A program made the position numbers and the translations under genes. Under the pieces are notes generated by a model. The model was not told where the DNA came from and searched no databases. It saw nothing but the letters and a program-made list of their open reading frames with translations. From assembly GCA_016871255.1 (NCBI GenBank), contig VFZH01000006.1, forward strand, positions 1-56,814: a stretch of DNA of 56,814 nt. The letters are read 5' to 3'. Below, in pieces: positions 9,668-18,932 of this stretch. The DNA is from Acidimicrobiia bacterium. Its GTDB lineage: Bacteria > Acidobacteriota > Vicinamibacteria > Vicinamibacterales > UBA2999. Every line of letters begins with the position of its first letter. The stretch's first letter is position 1.

Positions 9668-10878
9668 GACCGCTGGAGGTACGCGGTGGTGAACGACGCG
9701 AAGTCGTCGTAGACCGACGACAGGGTGGCGGGATCCGCCAGGAACACGACGCGGAAGAACCCGGCGTGCGCCGGCATGCCGAACCCCGATCCGTGGACGA
9801 CGAGAATGCCGGTTTCCCGGAGGAGCGCCAGTACGAACTCCTCGTCCCGGCGCCCGGGCGGCAACGACACGGACGGCATGGCGTAGAACGCCGCGCGCGG
9901 CATCACGCAGCGCACGCCCGGGATCGCCGACAGCCGCTCGGTGGTGATCCGCGCCCGCTCGGCCAGCGCCGTCCGGAAGGCCACGAGGTGCGAGCGATCG
10001 CCTTCGAGCGCTTCGCGCACGGCGTACTGCATCGGGCCGGGGCTGCACAGCCGGCCGTCGGCCATCTTCCGCAGCGCCGTCAACAGCGGATCGAGCCTGG
10101 GGGTGCCGCCGACGACCAGCCACCCCGTGCGCCACCCGGGCGCGAGGTACGCCTTCGACAAGCTCGACATCGAGATGACCGGCGCGTCGGGGTCGAGCGC
10201 CCCGAGCAGCGGCACCGTGCCTTCGTAGGCGGTGTCGGCGTACACGTCGTCGGCAAGCACCAGCAGGCCGTGCTGCTCCGCGAGATCGAGCAGCGCCCGC
10301 CCCGTGCGCTCGGGATACACCGCACCGGTCGGGTTGTTCGGATTGATCACGACGAGCACACGGGTCCGCGGCGTGACCAGGCTCCGCAGGTGATCGAGGT
10401 CGGGGAACCAGTTGTCCTCGGGATCCGTGCGGTAGCACAGCGGCCGCCCGCCCAGCTTCGCGATCACCGCCGTGTAGAGCGGGTAGGACGGCAGCGGGAC
10501 GAGCACCTCGTCGTCTTCGTCGACCGCCGCGGACAACACGAGATCGATCGCTTCGGAGGTCCCGGTGGTCAGGAGCACACGTTCCGGCGACGTGCGTCCG
10601 CCGCGCGCGCGGTAGTCGTCGGACACCGCAACCCGGCCTTCGAGGATGCCCTGCGACGGCACGTAGCCGTTCATGCCGGCGCGCATCGCCCGCTCGACGG
10701 CGTCGATCAGGTGCGGCGGCGGCTGAAAGCCGAAGGCCACCGGATCGCCAATGTTGAGGTAGCGAACCTTGCGGCCGGCGAGCTCCACCTGCTGCGCTTC
10801 CGCCACGATGTTGCGAATGGCGTAGGAGAAGCGCTCGGTACGCGCTGCAGCCGATAAAGCGGACGTGTGCATCGGCAT
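9664..10878 (-). CDS. Class I/II PLP aminotransferase (alanine aminotransferase-like)
   Basis: LNIGDP, INPNNPTG, DDVY and SLSKAYLAPGWRTGW. Start at 10878 or 10872, because TAAGAT overlaps the ATG at 10890. Confidence 0.85.
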   Translation of the reverse strand: MPMHTSALSAAARTERFSYAIRNIVAEAQQVELAGRKVRYLNIGDPVAFGFQPPPHLIDAVERAMRAGMNGYVPSQGILEGRVAVSDDYRARGGRTSPERVLLTTGTSEAIDLVLSAAVDEDDEVLVPLPSYPLYTAVIAKLGGRPLCYRTDPEDNWFPDLDHLRSLVTPRTRVLVVINPNNPTGAVYPERTGRALLDLAEQHGLLVLADDVYADTAYEGTVPLLGALDPDAPVISMSSLSKAYLAPGWRTGWLVVGGTPRLDPLLTALRKMADGRLCSPGPMQYAVREALEGDRSHLVAFRTALAERARITTERLSAIPGVRCVMPRAAFYAMPSVSLPPGRRDEEFVLALLRETGILVVHGSGFGMPAHAGFFRVVFLADPATLSSVYDDFASFTTAYLQRS

Positions 10879-10994
10879 CAGAAGGTCCATCTTAGCCGTT
10901 CATCCGTGCAGGTCTTACACGGGCGGGGTGGTTTTCACACGGGATCGACTCGGATATCATCTGTCAACCGACTGAAAGCAAAGCACTTGCCGAC

Positions 10995-11009
10995 TGGCAC
11001 AACGCTTGA
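10995..11009 (+). promoter_or_regulatory. Putative sigma54 -24/-12 promoter for the VWA-OmpA operon
   Basis: TGGCAC-N5-TTGA (variant -12), followed by GGAGG and the GTG start. Confidence 0.5.
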
Positions 11010-11021
11010 TATGGAGGTGGT

Positions 11022-12089
11022 GTGACGCGGAGTCTCGCCATGCTGCTGGCCACCCTGACGCTCGCCCCGCCACTGGCGCCACCGCTCGCCGGTGTCGGGA
11101 GGCACATTGCGACTGGAGAACCACGGGCGATCAGCCTGCCGATCGACGCGGGGTCCGACATCGGTTGGGCCGGGGGCCGGCTTCAGCCGGCACGGTCGGA
11201 CCAGGCGCAGGCCACGTTCTCCGGCCGGGTCGAAGTGGTCACGCTGAGCGTGACGGTACGCGACGTCAAGGGACGCGTGGTCAAGGGGCTTGCGCGGGCG
11301 GACTTCGATGTGCTCGATCGCGGCGAGGCGCGGGACGTCAAGGCGGTCTTCCCGGGCGACACCGCGATCAGCCTGGCCGTGCTGCTCGACATCAGCGGGA
11401 GCATGGCGGTCGGTGGAAACATGGATCGGGCGCGGCAGGGCGTGCGGCTGGCCCTCGGCGAACTGCAGAACGGCCGCGACGAGGCGGCGCTCTACACGTT
11501 CGACCACGAGCTGCAGCAGGCGCACGGGTTCACAGCCGATCTGCAGCGCGTGATGGCGATCAGCCTCGAGGGGCGGCCGTGGGGCCGGACGTCGCTGTTC
11601 GACGCGATCGGAACAGCCGCCCGTCACGTGAGCGCGCGGAGCAACCGGCATCGCGCCCTGCTCGTCGTCACCGACGGCGTGGACACGTACAGCCGCATGA
11701 CGGCGGCGGAGGTCTCGGCGATCGCCAGCGTCATCGACGTGCCGGTCTACCTGCTCGTCGTGGCGAGCCCCGTGGACAACCCGGCCCGCCGGCTGGCCGA
11801 GGACGCCGGGGGCGCGGCCCGCACGGCCACGTTGGCGGACCTCGCGCGATGGACGGGGGGCGACATGACGGTGGTGAGCGCGAGGGAAGACGCGGCCGCC
11901 ACGATTGCGGGCGTGATGGAGGAGATCCGTCATCGCTATCTGGTGTCCTTCGAGCCGGACGGAACGCCGGGCTGGCATCCGCTCGAAGTCAGCGTCAGGG
12001 GACGGGCCCATCGGGTCCGGGCGCGGGGCGGCTACATGGCCGGTCCGGCGCCTGCCACGTCTCCGGACGGCCGCCCGGCCGGCAGGTAA
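11022..12089 (+). CDS. Secreted VWA-domain protein
   Basis: MIDAS motif DISGS, plus TSLFDA and VTDGVD. Signal peptide. Confidence 0.85.
   Translation: MTRSLAMLLATLTLAPPLAPPLAGVGRHIATGEPRAISLPIDAGSDIGWAGGRLQPARSDQAQATFSGRVEVVTLSVTVRDVKGRVVKGLARADFDVLDRGEARDVKAVFPGDTAISLAVLLDISGSMAVGGNMDRARQGVRLALGELQNGRDEAALYTFDHELQQAHGFTADLQRVMAISLEGRPWGRTSLFDAIGTAARHVSARSNRHRALLVVTDGVDTYSRMTAAEVSAIASVIDVPVYLLVVASPVDNPARRLAEDAGGAARTATLADLARWTGGDMTVVSAREDAAATIAGVMEEIRHRYLVSFEPDGTPGWHPLEVSVRGRAHRVRARGGYMAGPAPATSPDGRPAGR
11148..11193 (+). repeat. Tandem REP-like palindromes inside the VWA coding sequence
   Basis: GGTCCGAC-ATCG-GTTGGGCC followed by GGGGCCGGC-TTCA-GCCGGC. Confidence 0.6.
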
Positions 12090-12121
12090 CGCGGGAACGA
12101 CCGAACACGAGGAGGACGATC

Positions 12122-12799
12122 ATGCGGAAGGGACTGATACCGGCGGTGCTGTTCGGCGCGGCGATCGCCACGGCGCCGGCGTGCGCCACGAAGGGGTTCG
12201 TGCGCACGTCTGTCGGCGAAGTGGACAGCAAGGTCGACTCGCTGGCCACGTCGCTCGAGGAAACCCAGGCCCGAACCGAGGCGCGCATCGGCCAGGTCGA
12301 CTCGAAGGCCGAGGCGGCCGCGTCGGCGGCCGCCAACGCACGGCGTACGGCAGAGGAGGCCAACACGGCGGCCAAGGGCGCCGACTCGAAGGCCGACGCG
12401 GTCGGTTCGCGCGTCGCCGCGGTGGAAGCCGCCGCACGGCGGCTGATCTACGAGGTGACGATCAACGAGAGCCAGGGCAACTTCCAGTTCGGGCAGGCCG
12501 ACCTGCCGGAAGAAGCCAAGGCGGCGATCGACGAGCTCGTCAGCAAGCTCACGGGCGGCGAGCAGGGTGTGTTCCTCGAGATCGAAGGGCACACGGACAG
12601 CACGGGCTCCGCGGAGCTGAACCAGAAGCTGGGCCTCGAGCGCGCCGAGGCGGTGAAGATGTACCTGTACGAGCAGCACAAGGTGCCGCTGCACAAGATG
12701 AACGTGATCAGCTACGGCGAGGACAAGCCGTCGGCGCCGAACGACACGCGCGACGGGCGCGCGCAGAACCGACGCGTCGTCATCCGCGTATTGGCGTAG
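12122..12799 (+). CDS. OmpA-family lipoprotein
   Basis: Lipobox APAC, coiled region, EGHTDSTG, GLERA and QNRRV. GGAGG ribosome-binding site. Confidence 0.9.
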   Translation: MRKGLIPAVLFGAAIATAPACATKGFVRTSVGEVDSKVDSLATSLEETQARTEARIGQVDSKAEAAASAAANARRTAEEANTAAKGADSKADAVGSRVAAVEAAARRLIYEVTINESQGNFQFGQADLPEEAKAAIDELVSKLTGGEQGVFLEIEGHTDSTGSAELNQKLGLERAEAVKMYLYEQHKVPLHKMNVISYGEDKPSAPNDTRDGRAQNRRVVIRVLA

Positions 12800-12811
12800 G
12801 CGCGCCACGGA

Positions 12812-12847
12812 CGGCGGGCGACTCCAGCCGGGAGGGGTCGCCCGCCG
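12812..12847 (+). terminator. GC-rich hairpin after ompA
   Basis: CGGCGGGCGAC / GTCGCCCGCCG 11-bp stem; no U-tract. Confidence 0.4.
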
Positions 12848-12915
12848 CGCGCCCGGCATCGAGGCGGATGACGACGCGAAATCCCAGGTTCGGACAATCG
12901 GGCGTTCGTCAACGC

Positions 12916-12943
12916 AATCGTCAATCCCCAATCACCAGTCTCC
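12916..12943 (+). repeat. Degenerate heptamer tandem repeat
   Basis: AATCGTC AATCCCC AATCACC AGTCTCC. Confidence 0.5.
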
Positions 12944-12969
12944 GATGGATTTGCCCGTATCATCCCGTC

Positions 12970-13152
12970 GTGCGTCTCTACGTTGGTCCGATGGACGCCG
13001 TGCTCGTCGACGTGGACGAGGACGGGCGCGTCCGGTTCGAGAACGAGGAGTGGACCGTCCCCACGCTGCAGGAACGGCGCGCCATCATCCACGCCGCCCG
13101 GGGTGAAGTCGAAGCACTGACGGCACTTCTGGACGTCATGGATCGCGACTAG
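12970..13152 (+). CDS. Small hypothetical protein (60 aa)
   Basis: Coding-like composition (..MDAVLVDVDEDGRVRF..). TATCAT lies 6 nt before the GTG. Confidence 0.65.
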   Translation: MRLYVGPMDAVLVDVDEDGRVRFENEEWTVPTLQERRAIIHAARGEVEALTALLDVMDRD

Positions 13153-13198
13153 CCAGGGCCCCGGGCCGCCGGTGGCACCGTCGAGGTCTGCCTGCGTC

Positions 13199-13241
13199 GG
13201 GACTCGGGCCTTGGGATCCCGGATTTCAGGACTTGGGATTT
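13199..13241 (+). repeat. Degenerate heptamer tandem repeat (GGGAYTY)
   Basis: GGGACTC GGGCCTT GGGATCC CGGATTT c AGGACTT GGGATTT. Confidence 0.5.
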
Positions 13242-13297
13242 CTCTCCTCGCGCGGTATAGTCGGGCGTTTCCACTTCCATCTCCTGAGGGCTTGCGC

Positions 13298-13906
13298 ATG
13301 GCGCAGAACGACGATCCTGCCGGCACCGTCTCCAGGCGCGACTTCATCAAGACCGTTGGCGCCACCTCCGTGGCTGCCGGCGTCCTGGCACCCGCGGCGC
13401 CCGTCACCGCACAGGGTCCGGCCGCGCTGGGGCCGGGACCGGTGCCCGTCAACCTGACGATCAACGGCCGCGCGCGGACGCTGCAGATCGAGCCGCGCGT
13501 CACGCTGCTCGACGCGGTACGCGATCACGCGAACCTGACGGGCAACAAGCGTGTCTGCGACCGCGGCACCTGCGGCGCGTGCACGATGATCGTGGACGGC
13601 CGCACGGTCTACTCCTGCTCGACGCTCGCGATCGACGTGCAGGGCTCCCGCATCCGTACGGTGGACGGCCTCGCCAACGGCGACGACCTGCACCCGGTGC
13701 AGGAGGCTTTCTGCGCCGCCGACGGCATGATGTGCGGCTTCTGCACGCCGGGCTTTGTCATGGCGACGGTGGCCCTGCTCGAGAAGTACCCGAAACCGAC
13801 CATCGCGCAGGCCAGGCGTGAGCTGGACGGCAACGTCTGCCGCTGCGGCACGTTCAACCGCGTGTTCGAAGCGGCGCTGAGCGCCGGGGGGGTGAACCGT
13901 GGCTAG
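13298..13906 (+). CDS. Tat-exported 2x[2Fe-2S] subunit of a xanthine dehydrogenase/aldehyde oxidoreductase (PaoA/YagT-like)
   Basis: Twin-arginine SRRDFIK; CDRGTCGAC..C, CGFC and CRC. Confidence 0.9.
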   Translation: MAQNDDPAGTVSRRDFIKTVGATSVAAGVLAPAAPVTAQGPAALGPGPVPVNLTINGRARTLQIEPRVTLLDAVRDHANLTGNKRVCDRGTCGACTMIVDGRTVYSCSTLAIDVQGSRIRTVDGLANGDDLHPVQEAFCAADGMMCGFCTPGFVMATVALLEKYPKPTIAQARRELDGNVCRCGTFNRVFEAALSAGGVNRG

Positions 13907-16103
13907 GAAGATGCAGCAGCCGACGCCCCAGCCGACGCCCCAGCCGACGGAGAACGCGACGAAATACGCGTGGACGGTGCCGCCGGACCGGACGCGCGTG
14001 ATCGGCACGTCGGTGCCGCGCGTGGACGGGCCGGACAAGGTCTCGGGCCGCGCCAAGTACACCTACGACATCGCGCGGCCGGGCATGCTCCACGCCCGCG
14101 CCGTCCGCTCACCGCACCCGCACGCGCGCATCGTCTCGATCGACTTCTCGGCGGCGAAGGCCGCTCCGGGCGTGCGTGGCGTGCTGACCTGGAAGGACCC
14201 TGGCACGGAGGTGATGTACCAGGGCGACGTCGTGGCGGCGGTGGCGGCGGACACCGAGCCGCAGGCGCGCGACGCGGCCCGGCTCGTGCGCGTCGAGTAC
14301 GAAGTCCTGCCATTCTTCAGCAGTGAAGCCGCGGCCATGCAGCCGGACGCGCCGGTCGTCTTCCCGAACGGCAACACGCAGGCCGGCCAGACCCAGGAAA
14401 CGGGCGACCTGGCCGCAGGGTTCGCGGCGGCGGCGCACACGCTGGAGGCGACCTACAGCACCCACGTCATCACGCACGTGTGCCTCGAGAGCCACTGCTC
14501 GGTCTGCGAGTGGAACGGCGACCAGCTGACGGCCTGGGTCTCGACGCAGGGCGTCCACGCCTCGAAACAGCAGATCGCGGGAGCCCTGAAGATCGACCAG
14601 GCCAACGTCCGCGTCATCTGCCAGTACATGGGCGGCGGCTTCGGCAGCAAGGTGACGGCCGACGCCCCGATCATCATCCCGGCGCGAATGTCGAAGGATC
14701 TGGGCGCGCCGGTGAAGATGGTGCTCGATCGCAAGGAAGAGCACCTCGACTCGGGCAACCGCCCCTCCGCCTTCGCGCGGGTGCGCGCAGGGGTGTCGGC
14801 GGACGGGATGCTGACGGCGTTCGATGGCGTGACGTGGGGCACGGGCGGCGCCGGCCAGGGGGCGAACTTCCCGCTCCCCTACATCTACCAGTTCCCCAAC
14901 CGCCGCCGGGCGCACACCAACGTCTACATCAATACGGGGCTGCAGCGGCCCATGCGCGCCCCGGGGCACCCGCAGGGCTGTTTCGTCACCGAGATGCTGC
15001 TCGACGAGCTGGCGGATCTGGTCGGCCTGGATCCGCTCGAGTTGAGGTTGAAGAACCTCCCGCCCACGGCTCCCGACGCGATGTGGGCCGAGTACTACCG
15101 GATGGGCGCGAAGCAGTTCGGCTGGGACCGCCGCCATCCGACCGGCGACCGCAATCCCGGACCGATCAAGACGGGCATGGGCGTGTCGGCCAACCAGTGG
15201 GGCGGCGGCGGACGCGCGGGCGCCGCGCACGTCCGCATTCAGCCCGACGGCTCGGTCCTGGTGCAGTGCGGATCGCAGGACCTGGGCACGGGCACGCGCA
15301 CGCTGCTGCCGGTCATCGCCGGTGAAACGCTCGGGGCGCCGCTGGACGCGATTCGCGCGGAGATCGGCGACTCGAACCTGCCGTTCGCGGGCGTGTCTGG
15401 AGGCAGCACGGCAACCCCGGGCATCGCACCGGCCATCCGGATCGCCTCCGGGCGCGCGCGCGACGCGCTGTTCGCCCGCGTGGCGAGCGCCCTCGACGCG
15501 GCGCCGGAGGAGCTCGCCGCGGGCGACGGGCGGATCTTCGTGAAGGCGGCGCCGGAGCGCTCGCTCGCCTGGCGGGCTGCCTGCAAGCTGCTCGGCCAGG
15601 AGCCGATCACCGCCGACGGACAGTGGGAACCGGGCTTCTCGAGCGTCAACACGAGCGGCGTGCAGTTCGCCGAAGTCACGGTGGACACCGAGACGGGCAT
15701 CGTGAAGGTCACACGCATCCTGGCAATCCAGGACTGCGGCTTGGTGCTCGACAGGCTGCTGGCCGAGTCGCAGGTATACGGCGGCGTCATCGGCTCGCTC
15801 AACTTCGCGCTGTTCGAGGACCGGACGCTCGACCCGCGCACGGGCGTGATGCTGAACCCGAACATGGAGCACTACCTGCTCGCCGGCATGACGGACGTCC
15901 CGCAGATCGACGTCGTGCTGATGGATATGCCGGAACGCGGGGTCATCGGCATCGGCGAGCCGCCAACCGTGTCCACGGCGTCGGCGATCGCCAACGCCGT
16001 CCGCAACGCGCTCGGCGTGCCGATACGGAGCCTGCCGCTGCACCCGCACCGGGTGCTCGCGGCGATCGACGCTCACACCAACTCGGGAGGGGGGCCAGCA
16101 TGA
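13899..16103 (+). CDS. Molybdopterin-binding subunit, xanthine dehydrogenase family (PaoC/YagR-like)
   Basis: MGGGFGSK, MRAPG, GVSGGS, ESQVYGG and GIGEPP (catalytic Glu). Confidence 0.9.
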   Translation: MARKMQQPTPQPTPQPTENATKYAWTVPPDRTRVIGTSVPRVDGPDKVSGRAKYTYDIARPGMLHARAVRSPHPHARIVSIDFSAAKAAPGVRGVLTWKDPGTEVMYQGDVVAAVAADTEPQARDAARLVRVEYEVLPFFSSEAAAMQPDAPVVFPNGNTQAGQTQETGDLAAGFAAAAHTLEATYSTHVITHVCLESHCSVCEWNGDQLTAWVSTQGVHASKQQIAGALKIDQANVRVICQYMGGGFGSKVTADAPIIIPARMSKDLGAPVKMVLDRKEEHLDSGNRPSAFARVRAGVSADGMLTAFDGVTWGTGGAGQGANFPLPYIYQFPNRRRAHTNVYINTGLQRPMRAPGHPQGCFVTEMLLDELADLVGLDPLELRLKNLPPTAPDAMWAEYYRMGAKQFGWDRRHPTGDRNPGPIKTGMGVSANQWGGGGRAGAAHVRIQPDGSVLVQCGSQDLGTGTRTLLPVIAGETLGAPLDAIRAEIGDSNLPFAGVSGGSTATPGIAPAIRIASGRARDALFARVASALDAAPEELAAGDGRIFVKAAPERSLAWRAACKLLGQEPITADGQWEPGFSSVNTSGVQFAEVTVDTETGIVKVTRILAIQDCGLVLDRLLAESQVYGGVIGSLNFALFEDRTLDPRTGVMLNPNMEHYLLAGMTDVPQIDVVLMDMPERGVIGIGEPPTVSTASAIANAVRNALGVPIRSLPLHPHRVLAAIDAHTNSGGGPA

Positions 16104-17086
16104 AGGCCTTTGCCTACGTCAACCCGTCGAACGAGAGCGACGCGCTCGCCGCGCTGCGCAGCGGCGGCATCGTCCGTCCACTGGGCGGCGGACAGGACCT
16201 GCTGGCGCGGCTCAAGGACTACCTGGACGAGCCGGACCGCCTGGTCAGCGTCAAGGGCGCGCTGAATCGCGAGGCGGCCGCCACGGGCGACGGCGGCCTG
16301 CGCATCGGCGCGGCCATGCGGCTGTTCGAGGTTGCCGAGCACCCGGAGATCCTGAAGCGCTACCCGGCCCTGGCCGAAGCCGCCTCGACGGTCGGCTCGC
16401 CGCAAATCCGCCACCAGGGCACGGTGGGCGGCAACCTGAACCAGCGCCCGCGCTGCTGGTACTTCCGCCAGGAAGAGTTCGTCTGCTTCAAGAAGGGCGG
16501 CAACCGCTGCTTCGCGGCGGACGGCGAAAACCAGTACCACTCGATCTTCGGCAACGACGGTCCGAGCAAGATCGTGCACCCGTCGAGCCTGGCGGTGCCG
16601 CTGGTCGCCTACGGTGCACGGTTCCGGCTGGCCAGTGCCAGCGGAGAGCGGGAGGTGGCGGCCGCCGACTACTTCACGCTGCCGTCGATGCAGACGGTGC
16701 AGAAGGAGAACGTGCTCGCAGACGATGAACTGCTGACGCACGTGATCCTCCCCGCCCCGGGCAACGTGCGGAGCGGGCACTACGAGGTGCGGTTCAAGGA
16801 ATCGCGCGACTGGCCGATGGCGTTCGCCACGGTGGTGCTGGCGATGAACGGCCCGTCGATCGACTCGGCGCGCGTCGTGCTGGGCGCCGTGGCGCCGGTG
16901 CCGTGGCGCGCGGAAGACGCGGAGCGCGTGCTCCGCGGCCGGCTGCTGGACGACGCGGCGGCGGACGTGGCGGGGGAAGCCGCCGTGCGCGGCGCGAAGC
17001 CCCTCGCCCAGAACGCCTACAAGATCCGGATCACCCGCACGGCCGTGAAGCGCGCCGTGCTGGCCGCGGCCGGAAGGAGCGTGTAG
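16100..17086 (+). CDS. FAD-binding subunit, xanthine dehydrogenase family (PaoB/YagS-like)
   Basis: GGGQDL, PQIRHQGTVGGNL and Cys-rich insert RPRCWYFR..C..C. ATGA overlap with the upstream gene. Confidence 0.9.
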   Translation: MKAFAYVNPSNESDALAALRSGGIVRPLGGGQDLLARLKDYLDEPDRLVSVKGALNREAAATGDGGLRIGAAMRLFEVAEHPEILKRYPALAEAASTVGSPQIRHQGTVGGNLNQRPRCWYFRQEEFVCFKKGGNRCFAADGENQYHSIFGNDGPSKIVHPSSLAVPLVAYGARFRLASASGEREVAAADYFTLPSMQTVQKENVLADDELLTHVILPAPGNVRSGHYEVRFKESRDWPMAFATVVLAMNGPSIDSARVVLGAVAPVPWRAEDAERVLRGRLLDDAAADVAGEAAVRGAKPLAQNAYKIRITRTAVKRAVLAAAGRSV

Positions 17087-17088
17087 CC

Positions 17089-17316
17089 ATGCATCATCCA
17101 GACTCGCCCGCCGTGGTCCCCGGAGTGCAGTGCGAGCACATCCGCCACAAGGCGATGTACGTGATGTCGGTGGAAAACCGCGATGCCCTGCGCTTCTACG
17201 ACGCCTACGACAGCGCGTCGTACTGGTGTCAGGAGACATCGAGCGGGTTCGGCCCGGACGGCCACCCCGTCCGGCCGGACTGCTGCATCGCCGGGCGCGG
17301 CTGCTGCCGGCACTGA
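17089..17316 (+). CDS. Small Cys/His-rich hypothetical protein (75 aa)
   Basis: ATG 2 nt after the previous stop, with AGGAG upstream. CEHIRHK..YWC..CC..CC. Confidence 0.7.
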   Translation: MHHPDSPAVVPGVQCEHIRHKAMYVMSVENRDALRFYDAYDSASYWCQETSSGFGPDGHPVRPDCCIAGRGCCRH

Positions 17317-17320
17317 GAAC

Positions 17321-17340
17321 GGGCCGGCTGAAGCCGGCCC
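17321..17340 (-). repeat. REP-like palindrome, possible terminator
   Basis: GGGCCGGC-TGAA-GCCGGCCC followed by GCTTTT. Confidence 0.7.
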
Positions 17341-17375
17341 GCTTTTCCGGTATCCTGTCGTGTGAGGTATCTGAC

Positions 17376-18035
17376 ATGAAACAGCTGACGTTGACGGCGG
17401 CGCTCGTGGGACTCGTTGGGGCCTCCCTGCTGGCTGGCGGTCCGAACTCGGTCAGCGGCACCTACGCCGAGGCGCGCACGGCCCACGTGTTCGCGGGCGG
17501 GTGCGTGATGAACAGCGAAGCCGGCACGTCCGGCCGCCAGGCGGTCCTGGCCTGGAAGGTGGACACGGGCAGCTACAACGGCGTGGCGCTCGACAACCTG
17601 TCGATCGTGGCCGCCGTGACGGCGGACCGGAACCTGGGCATCCAGGAGATCGGCGGCGACAAGCCGAACACCAGGGCCGCTGTGTACGTGGACGAGCAGG
17701 CGACCCCCCGGCAGCGGATGGCGCTGGTGGCCATGGCCAACGAGCTCTCGCGCGGCATCGTCTCCACCGTGGTCGAGATCACGCCCGCCCCGATCCGCTT
17801 CACCGACGATGCGCACGCGGTGCGCGTGGCGGCGGGCCAGGTGGCGCTCGACGTGGACAAGCACATCGAGCACGACCCGAGCTGCGGCGACATGCAGTGG
17901 TTCCACCCGCTGTCGTCCACCGCGTCGTCCGGGATGGGCATGACGAAGCGTCACGCCTTCACCGGCACCGCGCTCGGCACGAAGTGGAGCGATCCGAACA
18001 AGCGGTCGGCCTTCTTCGGCACGTTCAGCCGCTGA
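17376..18035 (+). CDS. Secreted DUF1326-like protein
   Basis: Signal peptide; GTYAEART..GGC; YVDEQATPRQRMAL. GAGG ribosome-binding site. Confidence 0.65.
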   Translation: MKQLTLTAALVGLVGASLLAGGPNSVSGTYAEARTAHVFAGGCVMNSEAGTSGRQAVLAWKVDTGSYNGVALDNLSIVAAVTADRNLGIQEIGGDKPNTRAAVYVDEQATPRQRMALVAMANELSRGIVSTVVEITPAPIRFTDDAHAVRVAAGQVALDVDKHIEHDPSCGDMQWFHPLSSTASSGMGMTKRHAFTGTALGTKWSDPNKRSAFFGTFSR

Positions 18036-18058
18036 TACGCGGCCGCGACCGCCATCGT

Positions 18059-18091
18059 CAACAAGGGCCGGCGTCGTGCCGGCCCTTGTTG
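18059..18091. terminator. Perfect 14-bp hairpin, likely terminator
   Basis: CAACAAGGGCCGGC-GTCGT-GCCGGCCCTTGTTG. Confidence 0.6.
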
Positions 18092-18152
18092 CGTACAGAC
18101 GCACGCCCGCCACACAATCGCAGTACCACCACGGCGTTCACCTCATGTTCCT

Positions 18153-18179
18153 GTGGGGCCAGCTGAAGCTGGCCGCTGC
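18153..18179 (-). repeat. REP-like palindrome
   Basis: GCAGCGGCCAGC-TTCA-GCTGGCCCCAC on the minus strand. Confidence 0.7.
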
Positions 18180-18191
18180 GAGCGTCAGTTC

Positions 18192-18932
18192 ATGGACCTG
18201 CTCAACACAGTCGTGCTGATCACCGGCGGGCGCCGCATGGGCCAGGCGCTGACCGAGGCGCTCGCCGCACGCGGCGCGGATGTCGCGCTGACCTGGCGCG
18301 GGGGCCGGGCCGAGGCGGAGAGCGCGGTCGCCGCCGCACAGGCGGCCGGCCGCCGCGGGCTCGCCATCGAGGCGGACCTCACCGCTCCCGATGCCTGCCG
18401 GCACGCGGTGAACGCCGCAGCCGAGGGCCTCGGCCGGCTCGACGTCCTGATCCACATGGCCTCGATGTACCGCGCCGTGGCGTTCGACGAGCTGACCGAG
18501 CGCGACTGGGCCGGCCAGCTCGCCGTCGATCTGTCGTCCACGTTCCACTGCGCGTACGCCGCGGTGCCCCACCTCCGGCGCGCGGGTGGCGGCCGCATCA
18601 TCACGTTCGGAGACTGGGTGGCCGCCAGCGGACGGCCGCGCTACCTGGGGTACGTGCCGTACTACGTGGCCAAGAAGGGCGTGATCGCGCTGACCGAAGC
18701 GCTCGCCCTGGAACTGGCCGGGGACAGGATCCTCGTAAACGCGATCGCGCCCGGTCCGATCGCCCCCCCCTCTGGCACGTCCGCCGACGAAGTCCGCAAG
18801 GTCGAGCAGGCGACACCGCTCGGCCGCTGGGGCGGCGAGGGTGCGATTGTGCAGGCGGTGCTGGCGCTGATCGAGACCGACTTCATCACGGGCGAAACCC
18901 TGCGCGTGGACGGAGGGCGGCACCTCAAGTGA
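18192..18932 (+). CDS. SDR oxidoreductase (pteridine reductase/FolM-like)
   Basis: TGGRRMG, YYVAK, NAIAPG and VDGG. Confidence 0.85.
   Translation: MDLLNTVVLITGGRRMGQALTEALAARGADVALTWRGGRAEAESAVAAAQAAGRRGLAIEADLTAPDACRHAVNAAAEGLGRLDVLIHMASMYRAVAFDELTERDWAGQLAVDLSSTFHCAYAAVPHLRRAGGGRIITFGDWVAASGRPRYLGYVPYYVAKKGVIALTEALALELAGDRILVNAIAPGPIAPPSGTSADEVRKVEQATPLGRWGGEGAIVQAVLALIETDFITGETLRVDGGRHLK

Noticed and set aside
13917-13949. 12-bp tandem repeat encoding QPTP x3
   Set aside because: Ordinary in-frame low-complexity linker.
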